Source: Pristiophorus japonicus (taxonomy: Eukaryota). From it: a stretch of DNA of 64,000 bases. This document shows, one piece after another, positions 12,546 through 25,023 of this stretch. Below the pieces are notes generated by a model. The model did no database searches. It worked only from the letters and a program-made list of their open reading frames with translations, and was not told the DNA's origin. The DNA is taken from contig NC_092006.1 of NCBI RefSeq assembly GCF_044704955.1, positions 5,952,001-6,016,000 of the forward strand, read 5' to 3'. The translations under genes and the position numbers were made by a program. The number at the start of each line of letters is the position of its first letter. Position 1 is the stretch's first letter.

Positions 12546-12929
12546 CTGAAATAAAGGGAATGCAATCGAAGTCTAAATGCACACACATTTCACGCTGACA
12601 TGCACCGAGCCAAACGTTGTTTCCTTCAGGTAATTATCCAACTCCCTTTTGAAAGCCACGTTTGAGTCTGCCTCTACCACCCTCTCAGGCAGTATGTTCC
12701 AGACCCTAACCACTCGCTGCTTAAAAATAGTTTTTCCTCATTTCGCCTTTGCTTCTTCTGCCTTAAATCTGTGTCCTCTGCTTCTCCACCCTTCTCCCAA
12801 CGAGAACAGTTCCTCTCTGTCTGGACCCCTCACGATTTGGCCATCCTGACTTGGGCATAGGTCATTGGGTCACAATCCCGGCACTCCATCCCTAACAGCA
12901 CTGTTAGGAGCACCTTCACCACAGCGGAC

Positions 12930-13875
12930 TGTCGAACTCGTTTGGCAGAACGTCTCATCGCAAGAGCTTTCACACAAGCACCAAGACGTAGCTTGGTTGG
13001 CGGTGAGGAGGGCCTTACCCGTCAGAGCCTTCATGCACAGCCGGCGTCTCAGCAGCACGGCACGGTGCCCCCGAGTCGGCTGCAGGGCGGACAAGACTGT
13101 CACCCATCTCCTTCAGGATTGCCCCTTCGCAAGGCAGGTTTGGAAAGAGATGCAGTGGTTGCTGTTGAGGTTCATCCCGGGCAGCTCCGTAACACAGGAC
13201 TCTGTGCTCTACGGGCTGTTCCCAGGGACACACACCCAGACTAACATCACCTGCTGCTGGAGGGCCATCAACTCGGTCAAAGACGCTCTTTGGTCTTGCC
13301 GAGACTTGCTGGTCTTCCAGAGCAAGGAGATGTCCACGTCTGCGTGTTGCAGACTGGCGCAATCCACGATCCAGGATTACGTGCTGAGGGACACACTTAA
13401 AATTGGTGCAGTCGTCGCAAAGGCACGGTGGGGAAGGGCCGCAGTTTAAAGCCCTTCTGACACGGTAAACCCAGGGGGCAGGAATCAGTACAAAACTCCC
13501 CTCGGGCCGTACTTGTAACTTCTTTTTTGTGTACATGGAGCACCATGATCTGTAAACACCTATGTAGTGCCATGTACAATGTAAGGTCTGTTTCGTAATG
13601 CACGTTGAAAAGAAAAATGTAAATGTACCGTCACCCATTCCGTGTACTGTATAGTGACACATGTAATGTAATTTGTCGAATGTACTACAAGGTATCCCGT
13701 ATTGTACCGAATTGTACTTGAACTGAAAAGCAAAGAAATGTATCGAACGGAACTGCCGTCAGCACCCAAATGTAGTGTATGGGATTGCTGACCGCAGCTA
13801 AATGTACTGAACTGCTTTTGAATGTACTGTACAAATTTTTAGACGAATAAAGTATATTTTGAAATTTAAAAAAAT
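12930..13875 (+). mobile_element. Tx1/L1-clade LINE 3' end in R1 intron 4
   Basis: Zinc-knuckle region CPRVGC..TVTHLLQDCPFARQVW, stop at 13449, 3' UTR, AATAAA and A-tail near 13847-13874. Confidence 0.8.
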
Positions 13876-13923
13876 AACACAGTAACTGGATAGATTGGCC
13901 GCCCCTCCCTCCACCGCCCCTAC

Positions 13924-14040
13924 CTGACTGCCGGGTCCTGCAGCTCCAGCTTGCCGTCACCGTCACCATCAGGAGGAGGAGAAGCACCACCGAGCAAGTC
14001 ACCAAAACCCATAAACTACAGTCGCTGTGCAGCGGGAGCC
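13924..14040 (-). CDS. R1 exon 4 stalk/TM: GLPLHSDCSLWVLVTCSVVLLLLLMVTVTASWSCRTRQS
   Basis: ttgtgtacAG / GTAGGG, 117 nt, phase 1-1, hydrophobic helix. Homologous to the R2 TM exon. Confidence 0.85.
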
Positions 14041-14925
14041 CTGTACACAAGGGGGAAAAACAGCCACTTAGTTAAAAAAAATCCCGTAACCCAAGCCCTC
14101 TGCTTCTCGCAGGAGGTTCAGGGAGACCCAGTACCATCTTCCAGGGTCCACGAGGGTTAGATACTCAATACCAAGTCTTCCCAACATCAATAGATAGAGA
14201 TAGACAGACAGACGTATCGACAGATAGATNNNNNNNNNNNNNNNNNNNNNNNNNNNNNNNNNNNNNNNNNNNNNNNNNNNNNNNNNNNNNNNNNNNNNNN
14301 NNNNNNNNNNNNNNNNNNNNNNNNNNNNNNNNNNNNNNNNNNNNNNNNNNNNNNNNNNNNNNNNNNNNNNNNNNNNNNNNNNNNNNNNNNNNNNNNNNNN
14401 NNNNNNNNNNNNNNNNNNNNNNNNNNNNNNNNNNNNNNNNNNNNNNNNNNNNNNNNNNNNNNNNNNNNNNNNNNNNNNNNNNNNNNNNNNNNNNNNNNNN
14501 NNNNNNNNNNNNNNNNNNNNNNNNNNNNNNNNNNNNNNNNNNNNNNNNNNNNNNNNNNNNNNNNNNNNNNNNNNNNNNNNNNNNNNNNNNNNNNNNNNNN
14601 NNNNNNNNNNNNNNNNNNNNNNNNNNNNNNNNNNNNNNNNNNNNNNNNNNNNNNNNNNNNNAGATAAACAGATGTATAGAAAAATAGATAGATAGATAGA
14701 TGTATAGACAGGTGTATAGATAGATAGATAGATAGACAGACAGATTTATGGATAGACAGACAGTTAGATNNNNNNNNNNNNNNNNNNNNNNNNNNNNNNN
14801 NNNNNNNNNNNNNNNNNNNNNNNNNNNNNNNNNNNNNNNNNNNNNNNNNNNNNNNNNNNNNNNNNNNNNNNNNNNNNNNNNNNNNNNNNNNNNNNNNNNN
14901 NNNNNNNNNNNNNNNNNNNNNNNNN

Positions 14926-15640
14926 TGGGTGTCATGGTACATCAGTCATTGAAAGTTGGCATGCAGCTACAGCAGGCGGTGAAGAAGGCAAATGGCATGT
15001 TGGCCTTCATAGCGAGGGGATTTGAGTATAGGAGCAGGGAGGTCTTACTGCAGTTGTACAGGGCCTTGGTGAGGCCTCACCTGGAATATTGTGTAGAGTT
15101 TTGGTCTCCTCATCTGAGGAAGGACATTCTTGCTATTGAGGGAATGCAGCAAAGGTTCACCAGACTGATTCCTGGGATGGCAGGACTGACATATGAAGAA
15201 AGACTGGATCGACTAGGCTTATATTCACTGGAATTTAGAAGAATGAGAGGGGATCTCATAGAAACATATAAAATTGTGACGGGACTGGACAGGTTAGATG
15301 CAGGAAGAATGTTCCCAATGTTGGGGAAGTCCAGAACCAGGAGTCACAGTCTAAGGATAAGGGGTAAGCCATTTAGGACCGAGATGAGGAGAAACTTCTT
15401 CGCTCAGAGAATTGTGAACCTGTGGAATTCTCTACCACAGAAAGTAGTTGAGGCCAGTTCGTTGGATATATTCAAGAGGGAGTTAGATGTGGACCTTACG
15501 GCTAAAGGGATCAAGGGGTATGGAGAGAAAGCAGGAATGGGGTACTGAAGTTGAATGATCAGCCATGATCATATTGAATGGTGGTGCAGGCTCGAAGGGC
15601 CGAATGGCCTGCTCCTGCACCTACTTTCTATGTTTCTATA
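14926..15640 (+). mobile_element. CR1 3' fragment
   Basis: KKANGMLAFIARG..WNSLP..GYGEKAG and tail. Confidence 0.9.
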
Positions 15641-16147
15641 TTTGGACGGACGGATAGATGGTAAACAGACAGATAGTTTACAGATAATACAACACTTGGT
15701 AAAGCAGTGGATCAGGATGAGGATAATTATAGGCTGCAGGAGAGCACAGACGGGTTGGTGAAATGGCCGTCAGCACGGCCGGTGGGGTTCAAAGCGGGGA
15801 AGTGTTAAGTGTTTCAGTTTGGAAGGACCAACATGGACAGACAATGTACTGTGAATGGCATCGAGCGAGGACGTGATCCACCGGAAATGGCAGTATATTA
15901 TTCTCCAATTTGACCCATGGATCGCCCAGGAATATACCTGCTCTCCCAGCAGGTAGATATGACCTAGCAGGACAGAAGGACCTTATAATTGAGAAAGCTA
16001 AACATTGAGAGATCTGGGAGAGGTAAATCATTGAGATACTTACACACGAATTTGCAGAAAGGAAGAGAATTTGAATGTATAACGTGACAGGGCTAACAAT
16101 GATCTCTTACATCACCATTGAAGATATCAGTGAAGGAGAATAGTTAC

Positions 16148-16450
16148 CGCTCAGCGATGAGATGCTTTCACTGATGAAATTGCCGGTGGAATTGACCGGA
16201 ACGGCGCAAGTGCAGACAGCGCCACTCCGCCATGTTTCCGCCGAGACGCTGAGGTGACTCCCGACCGTGAGCGTCCCGTCCGGCTCGGTGGTCCCGGAGT
16301 CGCTCCGTCCCTCGGCGAGCCGTCCCGAAACATTCCAGCGGACGGGAAGGGAATCGGGAGTCAGGCTTCTGACCAGACACAGCAGCGGGACCCTCGCCAG
16401 CGAGGGAATTTCGTCCTGCGGCGGAGTTAAGAGCTGTATTTCCGGAGACC
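16148..16450 (-). CDS. R1 exon 3, C1-set Ig domain: SPEIQLLTPP..LLCLVRSLTPDSLPVRW..EPDGTLTVGSHLSVSAETWRSGAVCTCAV..
   Basis: cggcAG / GTAACT, 303 nt, phase 1-1, open. C1 hallmarks present: LxCLV, W, DG(T/S), SxLSV, WxSG.V.TC.V. Confidence 0.92.
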
Positions 16451-16527
16451 CTGCCGAATTTGGGGAGGATTAATATTCGACGGAAATCGGCCGTTATTTA
16501 TGACGAAATTCGTAAACGAATTCTTAC

Positions 16528-16866
16528 CTCTAATGAGCAATTTCGAGCCGTTTCCGAATATAAGGTGCAATAGACTAGATTTCTTAGCTGCGCAGTAATA
16601 CACCCCTGAATCGTTCCCCTGGACCTCATTCACAAACAGAGAGTAAATATTGAATTTGTCGTCAATTTGTCCGGAAAATCTCCCTTCAGGAAGATTGTAG
16701 TTCCTCACGGTGTAAACTTTCTGGAGAGGTCCTCGGTTCTGCTGCTTATACCACTGCACAGCTCGAGTCAGCAACTGACCAGCGTGACAATCCGCCTTGA
16801 AGGTACTGCCAACCGAGAGAGTCTGGACCGACGGACTCTGGGCGAAATAGTCCTGGGAGGCAATAA
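16528..16866 (-). CDS. R1 exon 2, germline-joined VJ domain: IASQDYFAQSPSVQTLSVGSTFKADC..WYKQQ..RFSG..DSGVYYCAAKKSSLLHLIFGNGSKLLIR
   Basis: ttcttctctcAG / GTAAGA, 339 nt, phase 1-1. B-strand Cys, WYxQ, DSGxYYC and the FGxG J motif are all in one exon, with no RSS. Confidence 0.95.
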
Positions 16867-17414
16867 CTGAGAGAAGAACATGATCACCACGGGATCTGTT
16901 ACAACAGGAATAAACACCGCTTCAGATCAAGAAACCCACAAAGCAGTGAACGGTGAGAGAGGCGCTCGTGTTCAAGGAGCCTCATTTCTAATTGAGTTCA
17001 ATGCTGAGGGTTAACATTGAGCCAATAACAGGAGANNNNNNNNNNNNNNNNNNNNNNNNNNNNNNNNNNNNNNNNNNNNNNNNNNNNNNNNNNNNNNNNN
17101 NNNNNNNNNNNNNNNNNNNNNNNNNNNNNNNNNNNNNNNNNNNNNNNNNNNNNNNNNNNNNNNNNNNNNNNNNNNNNNNNNNNNNNNNNNNNNNNNNNNN
17201 NNNNNNNNNNNNNNNNNNNNNNNNNNNNNNNNNNNNNNNNNNNNNNNNNNNNNNNNNNNNNNNNNNNNNNNNNNNNNNNNNNNNNNNNNNNNNNNNNNNN
17301 NNNNNNNNNNNNNNNNNNNNNNNNNNNNNNNNNNNNNATAGAGAGAAAGAGAGAGAAACAGATAGAGAAAAAGAGAGAGAGAAAGAAAGATAAAGAGATA
17401 GAGAGAGGGAAAGA

Positions 17415-17716
17415 AAGAAAGAGTTGGATTTATATAACGCCTTTCGCAACCATTGGACTCAAAGTGCTTTACAGCCAATGAAGTACTTTTTGAAGTGTGG
17501 TCACTGTTGTAATGTGGGAAACACGGCGCACAGCAAGCTCCCACAAATAGCAATGTGATAATGACCCAGATCATCTGTTTTCGAGATGCTGATTGAGGGA
17601 TAAATATTGGCCCCAGGACACAGGGGAGAACTCCCCTGCTCTTCTTCGAAATAGTGGCCGTGGGATCTTTTACGTCCGCTCGAGAGAGCAGACGGGGCCT
17701 CGGTTTAACGTCTCAG
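17415..17716 (-). mobile_element. Partial Deu-SINE in R1 intron 1
   Basis: Same core and tail as the other copies. Confidence 0.75.
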
Positions 17717-17878
17717 GCAATAGATGCAGAATATTGACATTGGGTCTATTTCCCACCAGCCTGAGATATTGCAAGATGCTAATATCAGCGAACGCAGCGC
17801 GTAATCTCCGACTCGGCTGACGAGCTCGCTGATCTTACGCCGCAGTTCCGCCATGGATTACCAGCAAATTCGACTGAC

Positions 17879-17921
17879 CTGGAAAGAGAAGGGCGAGCAC
17901 GCAGGGAGCTAAGCGATGCAT
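17879..17921 (-). CDS. R1 exon 1 signal peptide MHRLAPCVLALLFP
   Basis: ATG at 17921, 43 nt, donor G|GTCAGT. Same length and phase as the R2/R3 leaders. The full R1 model is 939 nt, 312 aa, with no stops. Confidence 0.85.
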
Positions 17922-17989
17922 TGTCTGCGACCTGAGGCGTTTGCTGTCCAGCTTCACACTGACGCTTTGCTGGGAGGTCTTTGCGCCCG

Positions 17990-18150
17990 CAAGCGACGTG
18001 AAATGCACACAGCTTGCAGAACGTGCGTTTAAAAATAGCGGTCTGGAAAATCCAACCCGGTGCAAAAGCTGGCTGCAGGTTTCCTGTTGACACACGAGGC
18101 GCCCACGCACAGATGTGCCTGCAAAGGGCAATGTGTTACAGCTGGTCTGA
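17990..18150 (-). promoter_or_regulatory. R1 proximal promoter with an ETS-like CAGGAAA and E-boxes
   Basis: Blocks gtgaaatgc, aaaatag and aaagct..ggtttcctgtt are shared in order with the R2 upstream region 30278-30390. Confidence 0.4.
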
Positions 18151-18474
18151 AGGGTGCTGTGCAGTCGAGACCCATTAAACCGTGAACTAACGCCAGGCGG
18201 TGCAGAATTCCACACACCGTGTACCGCTTGTGCAATTCGAGTGGCCGCGGGGAAATTATCCTGTTTCTGAGTGTTGCGATCGATTGGTCCAGAATGCATT
18301 CATTGATACACCCTTACTCGTACCAACAAAAAATGGATCACATTCTGCCCAGAGAATGCCCTTCAAATTCTTACACTGGTAAAAAAGCAGGCACAAGGCC
18401 TCTTTTTTTTTTATCAGCGTAAGAGTTTAAAGCAACAGGAAAATAAAATATCATCACCTATTAGCTGTAGGCTG

Positions 18475-18953
18475 CAGGACAATAGAACTGACCACACTCG
18501 ATCAGCTCCACTGGGCAGGCCACATAGTTCGCATGCCAGACACGAGACTCCCAAAGCAAATGCTCTATGCGGAGCTCCGTCATGGTAATCGAGCCAAAGG
18601 TGGGCAGAGGAAACGTTACAAGGACCACTCTCAAAGCCTCCCTGGTAAAGTGCGACATCACCACCGACACCTGGGAGACCCTGGCCGCAGACCGCCCGAG
18701 GTAGAGAACGTCCATCCGGGAGGGCGTTGAGCCCTTCGAGTCTCGACGCAAAGAGCGTGAAGAGGTCAGGCACAGGCAGCGGAAGGAGCGCGCGGCAAAC
18801 CAGCCCCACCCACCCCTTCCCCCGCCGAATGTCTGTCCCACCTGTGACAGGGTCTGTGACTCTCGTATCGGACCGTTCAGCCACCAGAGAACTCACTTTG
18901 GGAGTGGAGGCACGTCTTCCCTGATTCCGAGGGACTGCCTGTGATGATGATGA
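18475..18953 (+). mobile_element. RTE-clade LINE 3' end
   Basis: GHIVRMPDTRLPKQMLYAEL..GGQRKRYKD and a (GAT)n tail. Related copies at 33470-33772 (+) and 60085-60490 (-). Confidence 0.82.
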
Positions 18954-18954
18954 T

Positions 18955-19810
18955 AAGCTCAATGAACTGGTCAGGTGGGCAGAACAGCGGCAAATGGAAT
19001 TCAATCCAGAGAAGTGTGAGGTAATGCATTTGGGGAGGGCTAACAAGGCAAGGGAATACATTGAATGGTCAGACACTTAGAAGTGTAGAGGAACAGAGGG
19101 ACCTTGGAGTGCAGGTCCACAGATCCCTGAAGGTAGCAGGCCAGGTGGATAAGGTGGTTAAGAAGGCATACGGAATACCTGCCTTTATTAGCCGAGGCAT
19201 GGAATACAAGAGCAGGGAGGTTATGCTTGAACTGTATAAAACACTGGTTAGGCCACAGCTGGAGTACTGCGTGCAGTTGTGGTCAGGAAAGATGTGATTG
19301 CACTGGAGAGGGGGCAGAGGAGAGTTACCAGGATGTTGCCGGGACTGGAGAACTTTAGCGATGAGGAAAGATTGGATAGGCTGGGGTTGTTTTCTTTGGA
19401 ACAAAGGAGGCTGAGGGGAGAGCTTATTGAGGTGTCTAAAATTACGAGGGGCCTGGATAGAGTGGATAGGACAGACCTGTTTCCCTTGGCAGAGGGGTCA
19501 ACAACCAGGAGGCACAGATTTAAAGTAATTGGGGGGAGGTTTAGAGGAGATTTGAGGGGAAATTTCTTCACCCAGAGGGCGGTGGGGGTCTGGGGCGGAA
19601 CTCACTGCCTGAAAGGGTGGTAGAGGCAGAAACCCTCACCACATTTAACAAGTACCTGGATGTGCGCTTGAAGTGCCGTAACCTACAGGGCTATGGACCG
19701 AGAGCGGGAAAGTGGGATTAGGCCGGGTAGCTCTTGGTCGGCCGGCGCGGACACGATGGGCTGAAACGGCCTCCTTCCTTGCCGTAAATGTCTATGATTC
19801 TACGATTCGT
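18955..19810 (+). mobile_element. CR1 3' fragment
   Basis: [19 protein letters not shown].. Confidence 0.88.
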
Positions 19811-20385
19811 ACTTGTGCCAACAAAAATAGCCCACATTCTGCCCGGCGTATGCCCATGAAATTCTGACGCTGGCCAAAGCAGGAGCAAGTGGGTAGCACT
19901 CTCGTCTCAGAGTCAGAAGGTTGTGGGTTGAAGTACCACTTCAGAGATTGAGCATACAACCCAGGGATGGAATACTTCTCGACCTGGAGTCCAGCTTGGT
20001 GCTGTCTATAATCCACATTTTTCCATTTCCTGGATTATCCAGCTAACCAATTACTCACATGAACGTTCCTTTCTACGTAAGTAAGAATAACATGCAGCAC
20101 AGCTCAATGCAAAATCCAACGTGCATGTTTTGGTAAACTGATAAAACCTTATATCTGAATAACATTTTAAAAATGGCAAGTTATGCCAGTAAACAGCAAT
20201 AAGAGTGTATACCCGGCTATAATCCACAAACCCCCGCATTCAAAGTACATAATGAAGTGAAAACAATATGTATTTTCTCACTCTGACATTGCAATGACTC
20301 AGTAACGATTTCCCAGTCAATTGGTCTTGCAACAGAGCACTGACTCAATTTAATGGAGCTGAACTTCGATCTGAATGGGGTCGCC

Positions 20386-20403
20386 TAGCGCCCCCTGGAG
20401 GCA
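20386..20403 (-). promoter_or_regulatory. CTCF-like motif TGCCTCCAGGGGGCGCTA
   Basis: Near-consensus match, lying between the R2 3' end and the R1 promoter. Confidence 0.55.
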
Positions 20404-21449
20404 ACATGTGATAAGGGCCTGTGTCTGTTAGCGTTTCTCTGTTTCCCCTCCCCCCCCCCACCTTAGCGGCTGCTTTGCCCGCTTCAGAGCTGAGGTCACG
20501 AAGCAGAGTGAGGACCATATCCTTCCTGTGACGTCCCAGATATAAGATCATGACATCAGAACATAAGACACAGGAGCAGGAGTCGGCCATTTGGCCCCTT
20601 GAGCCTGCTCCGCCATTCAATACGATCACGGCTGATCTTCGACCTCAGTCCCACTTTCCTGCACTGTCTCCTTGATTCCCTTAATATTCCAATATCTGTC
20701 TTGAATATACTCACCGACTGAGCCTCCACAGCCCTCTGGGGCAGAGAACTCCAAAGATTCGCCACCCTCTGAGTGAAGAAATTCCTCCTCATCTCAGTCC
20801 TGAAGTTTCTCCTGAATTGCCCCTTGGATTTCTTGGTGACTATCTGATATTGATGGCCTCTAGTTATGCGCTTCTGGCATAGGTGGATACACTCTGTTTG
20901 TGTCTACTCGATCAAAACCTTTCATAATTTTAAAGACCTCGTCTGTGCTGTAAGGTGATTCTAATAGCAGGTAAATTCCGCCAGAATTTTGCTGAAGATA
21001 TCACTGCACTGCATTATTGAAAAGCGCAATTTGAATTTAAAATAATCCACTTTTAATAGTAAATGTGACAGGGTTCATTCCCAGGATACAACCAGAGAAC
21101 GCCCTGGATCCACTTACACGCCAGCTTTGCCAACAATGCCCCGGAGTCAGTGCCTGAGCTACCCTGTGGGTCCTTGGTTTCACTGACACACCGCACACAT
21201 TTGTTCTTTCAATCTGTGCTGTAAATCGGCCGCAGAGATATTCTGAGTGCATCTGGACCGAGCGATCAAAGAGCAGGATTCACATCCACAACGCTGGGGT
21301 TTAAAACCAGTTTAATTTATCTGTAAACATTACATATGAATTATATCACGTGCTGTATAAAGATGTACTCAGCACGGAAACCACAAATACAAGAATTTGG
21401 CATTACAATACTTGAAATTAGTTGAGTATATTCAAGACGGAGAGCGATA

Positions 21450-22170
21450 TAGGAGCAGGAGTTGGCCATTCGGCCCCTCGAGCCTGCTCCGCCATTTAAT
21501 ACCATCATGGCCGCTCTGATCATGGACTCAGCTCCCTTTCCCCGCCCGTTCCCCATAACCCTTTACTCTCTTATCGCTCAAAAATCTGTCTATCTCTGTC
21601 TTAAATATATTCAATGACCCAGCTTCCACAGCTCTCTGAGTCAGCGAATTCCACAGATTTACAACCCTCTGAGAGAAGAAATTCCTCCTCATCTCAGTTT
21701 TAAGTGGGTGGCCCCTTATTCTGAGACTATGCCCCCCAGTTTTAGCTTCGCTTATGAGTGGAAACATCCTCTCTGCATCCACCTTGTCGAGCCCCCTCAT
21801 TATCTTATATGTTTCCATTAGATCACCTCTCATTCTTTTGAACTCCAATGGGTAGAGGCCCAACCTACTCAACCTTTCCTCATAAGTCAACCCCCTCCGG
21901 AATCAACCGAATGAACCTTCTCTGAACACCCTCCAATGCAAGTATATCCTTCCTTAAATACGGAGACCAAAACTGCACGCTGTACTCCAGGTGTGGCCTC
22001 ACCAATACCCTGTACAGTTGTAGCAGGAATTCTCTGCTTTTATACTCCATCCCCCTTGCAATAAAGGCCAACATTCCATTCCAGTTGAGATCGAAAATCG
22101 GCCATGATCTTATTGAATGGCGGAGCAGGCTCGAGGAGCCGAATGGCCTCCTCCTGCTCCTAATTCGTAT
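21450..22170 (-). mobile_element. CR1 fragment plus an opposite-strand CR1 tail in the R2 3' UTR
   Basis: ORF2 C-terminus. The same composite recurs at 26236-26985. Confidence 0.85.
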
Positions 22171-22378
22171 ATTCTAAAATAGAGATTAAACTGAACAGTA
22201 ACCGACATATCATCGTAAGAACAGTGGCCCAACACAACACTATGTAAGAGACCATTTCAATGGTAGAGTTTTCGATTGGACCCAATTGGGAAATCGCGCC
22301 CAAACTATGTTTGAAATTGCACCGACTGTCCGGCAAAACAGAGGAAGCTTTGCACTCCATATCGTCTTTCCTTTCCCA

Positions 22379-22423
22379 TCAGAGTGTTGGCTCCGTGTTA
22401 AATGCCAGCTGGGCATAAAGAGT
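22379..22423 (-). CDS. R2 terminal exon TLYAQLAFNTEPTL*
   Basis: tttctctcacAG, phase 0. Paralogous to 9997-10074 with CGA changed to TGA. Minus-strand ATTAAA at 21316-21311, at the position matching the R1 AATAAA. Confidence 0.8.
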   Translation of the reverse strand, partial: TLYAQLAFNTEPTL

Positions 22424-23625
22424 CTGTGAGAGAAAACAGAAACAATTACCACGGCCCACATCTTCAGCGTCGGAACAGTGGGACAGGAGAGGGCCATTCA
22501 GCCCCTCGAGCCTGTTCCCCCATTCAGTTTGATCATGGCTAATGTGTATCTGAACTCCATCCGCCCGCTTTAAATACCCTCGCCCAACACCAATCTTTCA
22601 TCGCAGTTTTGAACATTTCAATTGACCCTCAGCCTCAACAACTGTATGAGGGAGAGAGTTCCAGATTCCCGCGGCCCTTTGTCTGAAGATGTGTTTCCTG
22701 ACATCACCCCTGAACGGCAGGGCTCGAATTTTAAGGTCAAGCCCCCTTGTTCTGGACTCCCCAGACTCTCTCAAATTCTCTAATCATCTTAAATATCTCG
22801 ATTACATCACCCTGTAATCTACACTCGAGGGAAAACAAGGCCAGTCTAAGAACATAAGAACATAAGATTTAGGAGCAGGAGTCAGCCATTCGGGCCCCTC
22901 GAGCCTGCTCCGCCATTCAATGAGATCGCGGCTGACCTTCGACCTCAACTCCACTTTCCTGCCCCATCTCCATATCCCTTGTTCCCCTCGATTCCGAAAA
23001 TCTCTCGATCTCAGCCTTGAATATACTCAACGACTGAGTCTCCACAGCCCTCTGGGGCAGAGAATTCCAAAGATTCACCACCCTCTGAGTGAAGAAATTC
23101 CTCCTCATCTCAGTCCTAAATGGCCGAGCCCTTATCCTGAGACTGTGTGACCCCTGGTTCTAGACTCCCCAGCCCTGATATGATTCAATGAGATCACATC
23201 TCATTCTTGTAAACTCCAGAGAGTATAGGCCCAGTCTACTCAACAGGTATATGCAACCTGTCCCATAATATAACCCTTTTAGCATGTTGGGACATTTTAT
23301 TGGTTGTTGATAGCTCAGGTATAATTGTAGTGAATCGGCAATCCTGTGGGTATTTATAATTACTGACTGAAAATATCCAAATATAGATATTTGAATTTAC
23401 TTTCAAATAAAAGGTGAATTTGTTTATTCGTTCCTGGGATGTGGGCGTGGCTGGCAAGGCCGGCATTTATTGCCCATCCCTAATTGCCCCTTGAGAAGGT
23501 GGTGGTGAGCCGCCTTCTTGAACCACAGAGGGTGGTTAAGCACCATTCAAATCGCTGTGGGTTTGGAGTCACGTATCAGCCAGACTGGGTAAGGGGCAGT
23601 AGATTTCTGTGATTTCCTTCCCTGA

Positions 23626-24690
23626 AACATAGAAACATAGAAACATAGAAAATAGGTGCAGGAGTAGGCCATTCGGCCCTTCGAGCCTGCACCACCATTC
23701 AATATGATCATGGCTGATCATGCAACTTCAGTACCCCTTTCCTGCTTTTTCTCCATACCCCTTGATCCCTTTAGCAATAAGGGCCACATCTAACTCCCTT
23801 TTGAATATATCCAACGAACTGGCCTCAACATCTTTCTGTGGTAGAGAATTCCACAGGTTCACAATTCTCTGAGTGAAGAAGTTTCTCCTCATCTCGGTCC
23901 TAAATGGCTTACCCCTTATCCTTCGACTGTGACCCCTGGTTCTGGACTTCCCCAACATTGGGAACATTCTTCCTGCATCTAGCCTGTCCAATCCCGTCAG
24001 AATTTTATATGTTTCTATGAGATTCCCCTCTCATTCTTCTAAATTCCACTGAATATAAGCCTAGTCGATCCAGTCTTTCTTCATATGTCAATCCTGCCAT
24101 CCCGGGAACCAGTCTGGTGAACCTTTGCTGCACTCCCTCAATGTCCTTCCTCAGGTTAGGAGACCAAAACTGAACACAATATTCCAGGTGTGGCCTCACC
24201 GAGGCCCTGTAGGAGGGCGACGGCTACGAAGCCAGGTCGCTGGTTGCAGTGTGGGCAGGCACAGCAGGAGGGGCGGCGGAGCGGCAAGAGTCCATAGAGG
24301 GAAGTGACCAAGGACCAAGAGATGCATGAATCTGGGGCCCAGAAGCAGCACGGGCCCAGCCCACACTGTGCGATATGTGTGCACTAGGCCCATGCAGCAG
24401 AGCTGGTCTCCAGTCGTCCTGGTTAACCCTTGCCCCTGGACCAAGACCTCGCTCTGTCAAGCCCGTGTGGTGGCTGGTGTGCAACGGCCACCCCACGTTA
24501 AAAAAATCCACCCACAGGCATCTTCCACCCTTCAGGACGTAGTTCTGGATCTAGAATTTTAAGTCCTTTATTGAAACACTGTGAACTCATCCCTTTTTGG
24601 CATGGAATCAAGCCATACTCACTTCGAGGGACTGCCTATAATGATGATACCACTGCAGTAAGACCTCCCTGTTCCTATACTCAAATCCCC
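23626..24690 (-). mobile_element. CR1 fragment interrupted by an RTE-tailed short element (~24212-24648, +)
   Basis: CR1 resumes at about 24652. The insert ends GAGGGACTGCCTATAATGATGAT, and a related copy lies at about 58960-59460 (-). Confidence 0.7.
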
Positions 24691-25023
24691 AATACTGTCC
24701 TATACTCAAAGACATTAGTGACACCAGATGGGGTTTTACAATCTGGTAGTTTCATGGTCACCGTTACTTTTTAATTCCACATTTATTTGATTAATTGAAT
24801 TTAAACTTCTCACCTACCATGGTGGGATTAGAATTCGGGTCCCCGGGATTAATAGTCCAGGCGCCTGGATTATTAGCCCGCTGACATAACCACTATGCTA
24901 CCATTCTGTCCTGTTAAGCGAAGACAGCTCTTTTCCTATCTACCGCCTGGAACAGCGAACCACCCTGCAAGCGGATAAATTGGGAGTGCGGAGGAGTTTG
25001 AAGCACCTTGCGACCATCCCTAC

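Larger units (their letters stand above)
14230..17337. other. Three N gaps: 14230-14661, 14770-14925, 17036-17337
   Basis: Runs of n flanked by microsatellites, all within R1 introns. Confidence 0.98.

Noticed and set aside
16148-16866. Conventional TCR or Ig light chain locus, or a shark germline-joined IgL gene
   Set aside because: No RSS or separate J segments. C1 splices on to TM and tyrosine-motif exons rather than ending in a terminal Cys and stop. The TM lacks the TCR mid-helix Lys pattern, and the J-C intron is under 100 nt.
14165-17574. Long ORFs containing X, or hidden exons in the N gaps
   Set aside because: Gap artefacts. The R1 model is complete and in phase without them, although gap content cannot be seen.
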